This document shows positions 62,321-62,740 of a stretch of 62,740 nt of DNA, piece by piece. Source of the DNA: Nanobdellota archaeon (GTDB lineage: Archaea > Nanobdellota > Nanobdellia > Woesearchaeales > GW2011-AR9). Numbering within the stretch: position 1 is the first letter of the stretch; every line of letters starts with the position of its first letter. Under the pieces are notes generated by a model that saw nothing but the letters and a program-made list of their open reading frames with translations, ran no database searches and was not told the DNA's origin. The stretch spans positions 1 to 62,740 of the forward strand of contig JAUYPX010000039.1 of the NCBI GenBank assembly GCA_030697505.1, written 5' to 3'. The position numbers and the translations under genes were made by a program.

Positions 62321-62740
62321 ATGCAAAAAAAGTATTTTATAATCATTCTCCTCATCCTAAGCATAGTAGGGTTAGTAACATCATTATCTCTCACTTATAG
62401 CCATTATAATCCATCTTTAAAAGGAGGAGTATGTGATATAACCGCCTCTGTTTCCTGCACGGTTGTCAATTCCGGCATATATTCTACAATCGTAGGAATA
62501 CCGGTAGCCGTGTATGGGGTAGTATGGTTCTTAATCCTAGGAACATTCTCTTGGAAGTCAAGAACAGAGAAAAAGGCAATACCAAAACTGCTGGGATGGA
62601 ATATCCTCGGAATGGTATTTGTCTTTTACTTTGTGTACATAGAATATGTGCTGGGCACGATCTGCCCTTTCTGCACGGTCGTGCATGTCCTGGTGGCACT
62701 TTCTTTAGTCATGTCCATTTTACTATACAAACAGTTTTAT
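62321..62740 (+). CDS. VKOR (vitamin K epoxide reductase) family membrane thiol oxidoreductase, 3'-partial
   Basis: Absent from the track because there is no stop before the window end. Manual translation gives MQKKYFIIILLILSIVGLVTSLSLTYSHYNPSLKGGVCDITASVSCTVVNSGIYSTIVGIPVAVYG...GTICPFCTVVHVLVAL (loop Cys pair plus CPFC active site). Confidence 0.8.
   Translation, partial: MQKKYFIIILLILSIVGLVTSLSLTYSHYNPSLKGGVCDITASVSCTVVNSGIYSTIVGIPVAVYGVVWFLILGTFSWKSRTEKKAIPKLLGWNILGMVFVFYFVYIEYVLGTICPFCTVVHVLVALSLVMSILLYKQFY

Overview
AT-rich contig, most likely from a small-genome archaeon (DPANN-like; this is inference from gene content). Archaeal or eukaryal-type information-processing genes are dense: ABCE1, aIF5B, aEF-1beta, PAN, FEN1, tRNA-splicing endonuclease EndA, Trm1, Trm5, RtcA, CysRS and a NIP7-like PUA protein. 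They are mixed with bacterial-looking genes: Lgt, RadC, class II aldolase/RpiB/Rpe, a MacB/Lol-like ABC transporter and VKOR. There are also several very large secreted or surface proteins, two toxin-antitoxin pairs and a small homing-endonuclease/Bro-DinD islet. No rRNA genes or CRISPR arrays were seen. Two real CDSs are missing from the ORF track because they run off the window ends: 1-3161 on the minus strand and 62321-62740 on the plus strand. Two short Zn-ribbon ORFs under 60 aa are also missing. The most unusual signal is non-coding. A family of closed multi-hairpin RNA modules recurs at four or more loci (8830-9049, 10410-10540, 41786-41909, 50965-51203). Each module uses three hairpin types with conserved loops (TAGTTT, ATAGTTTT, CAACGA) and compensatory stem changes. 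One copy is a 124-nt insert inside the anticodon stem of a tRNA-Phe(GAA) gene that carries at least three introns. Another copy sits between an exact 20-nt duplicate of the tRNA-Thr 5' end and the intact tRNA-Thr(CGU) gene. A separate GC-rich structured RNA candidate of about 170 nt lies just upstream of endA. All RNA calls were folded by eye and need covariance-model and RNA-seq confirmation.
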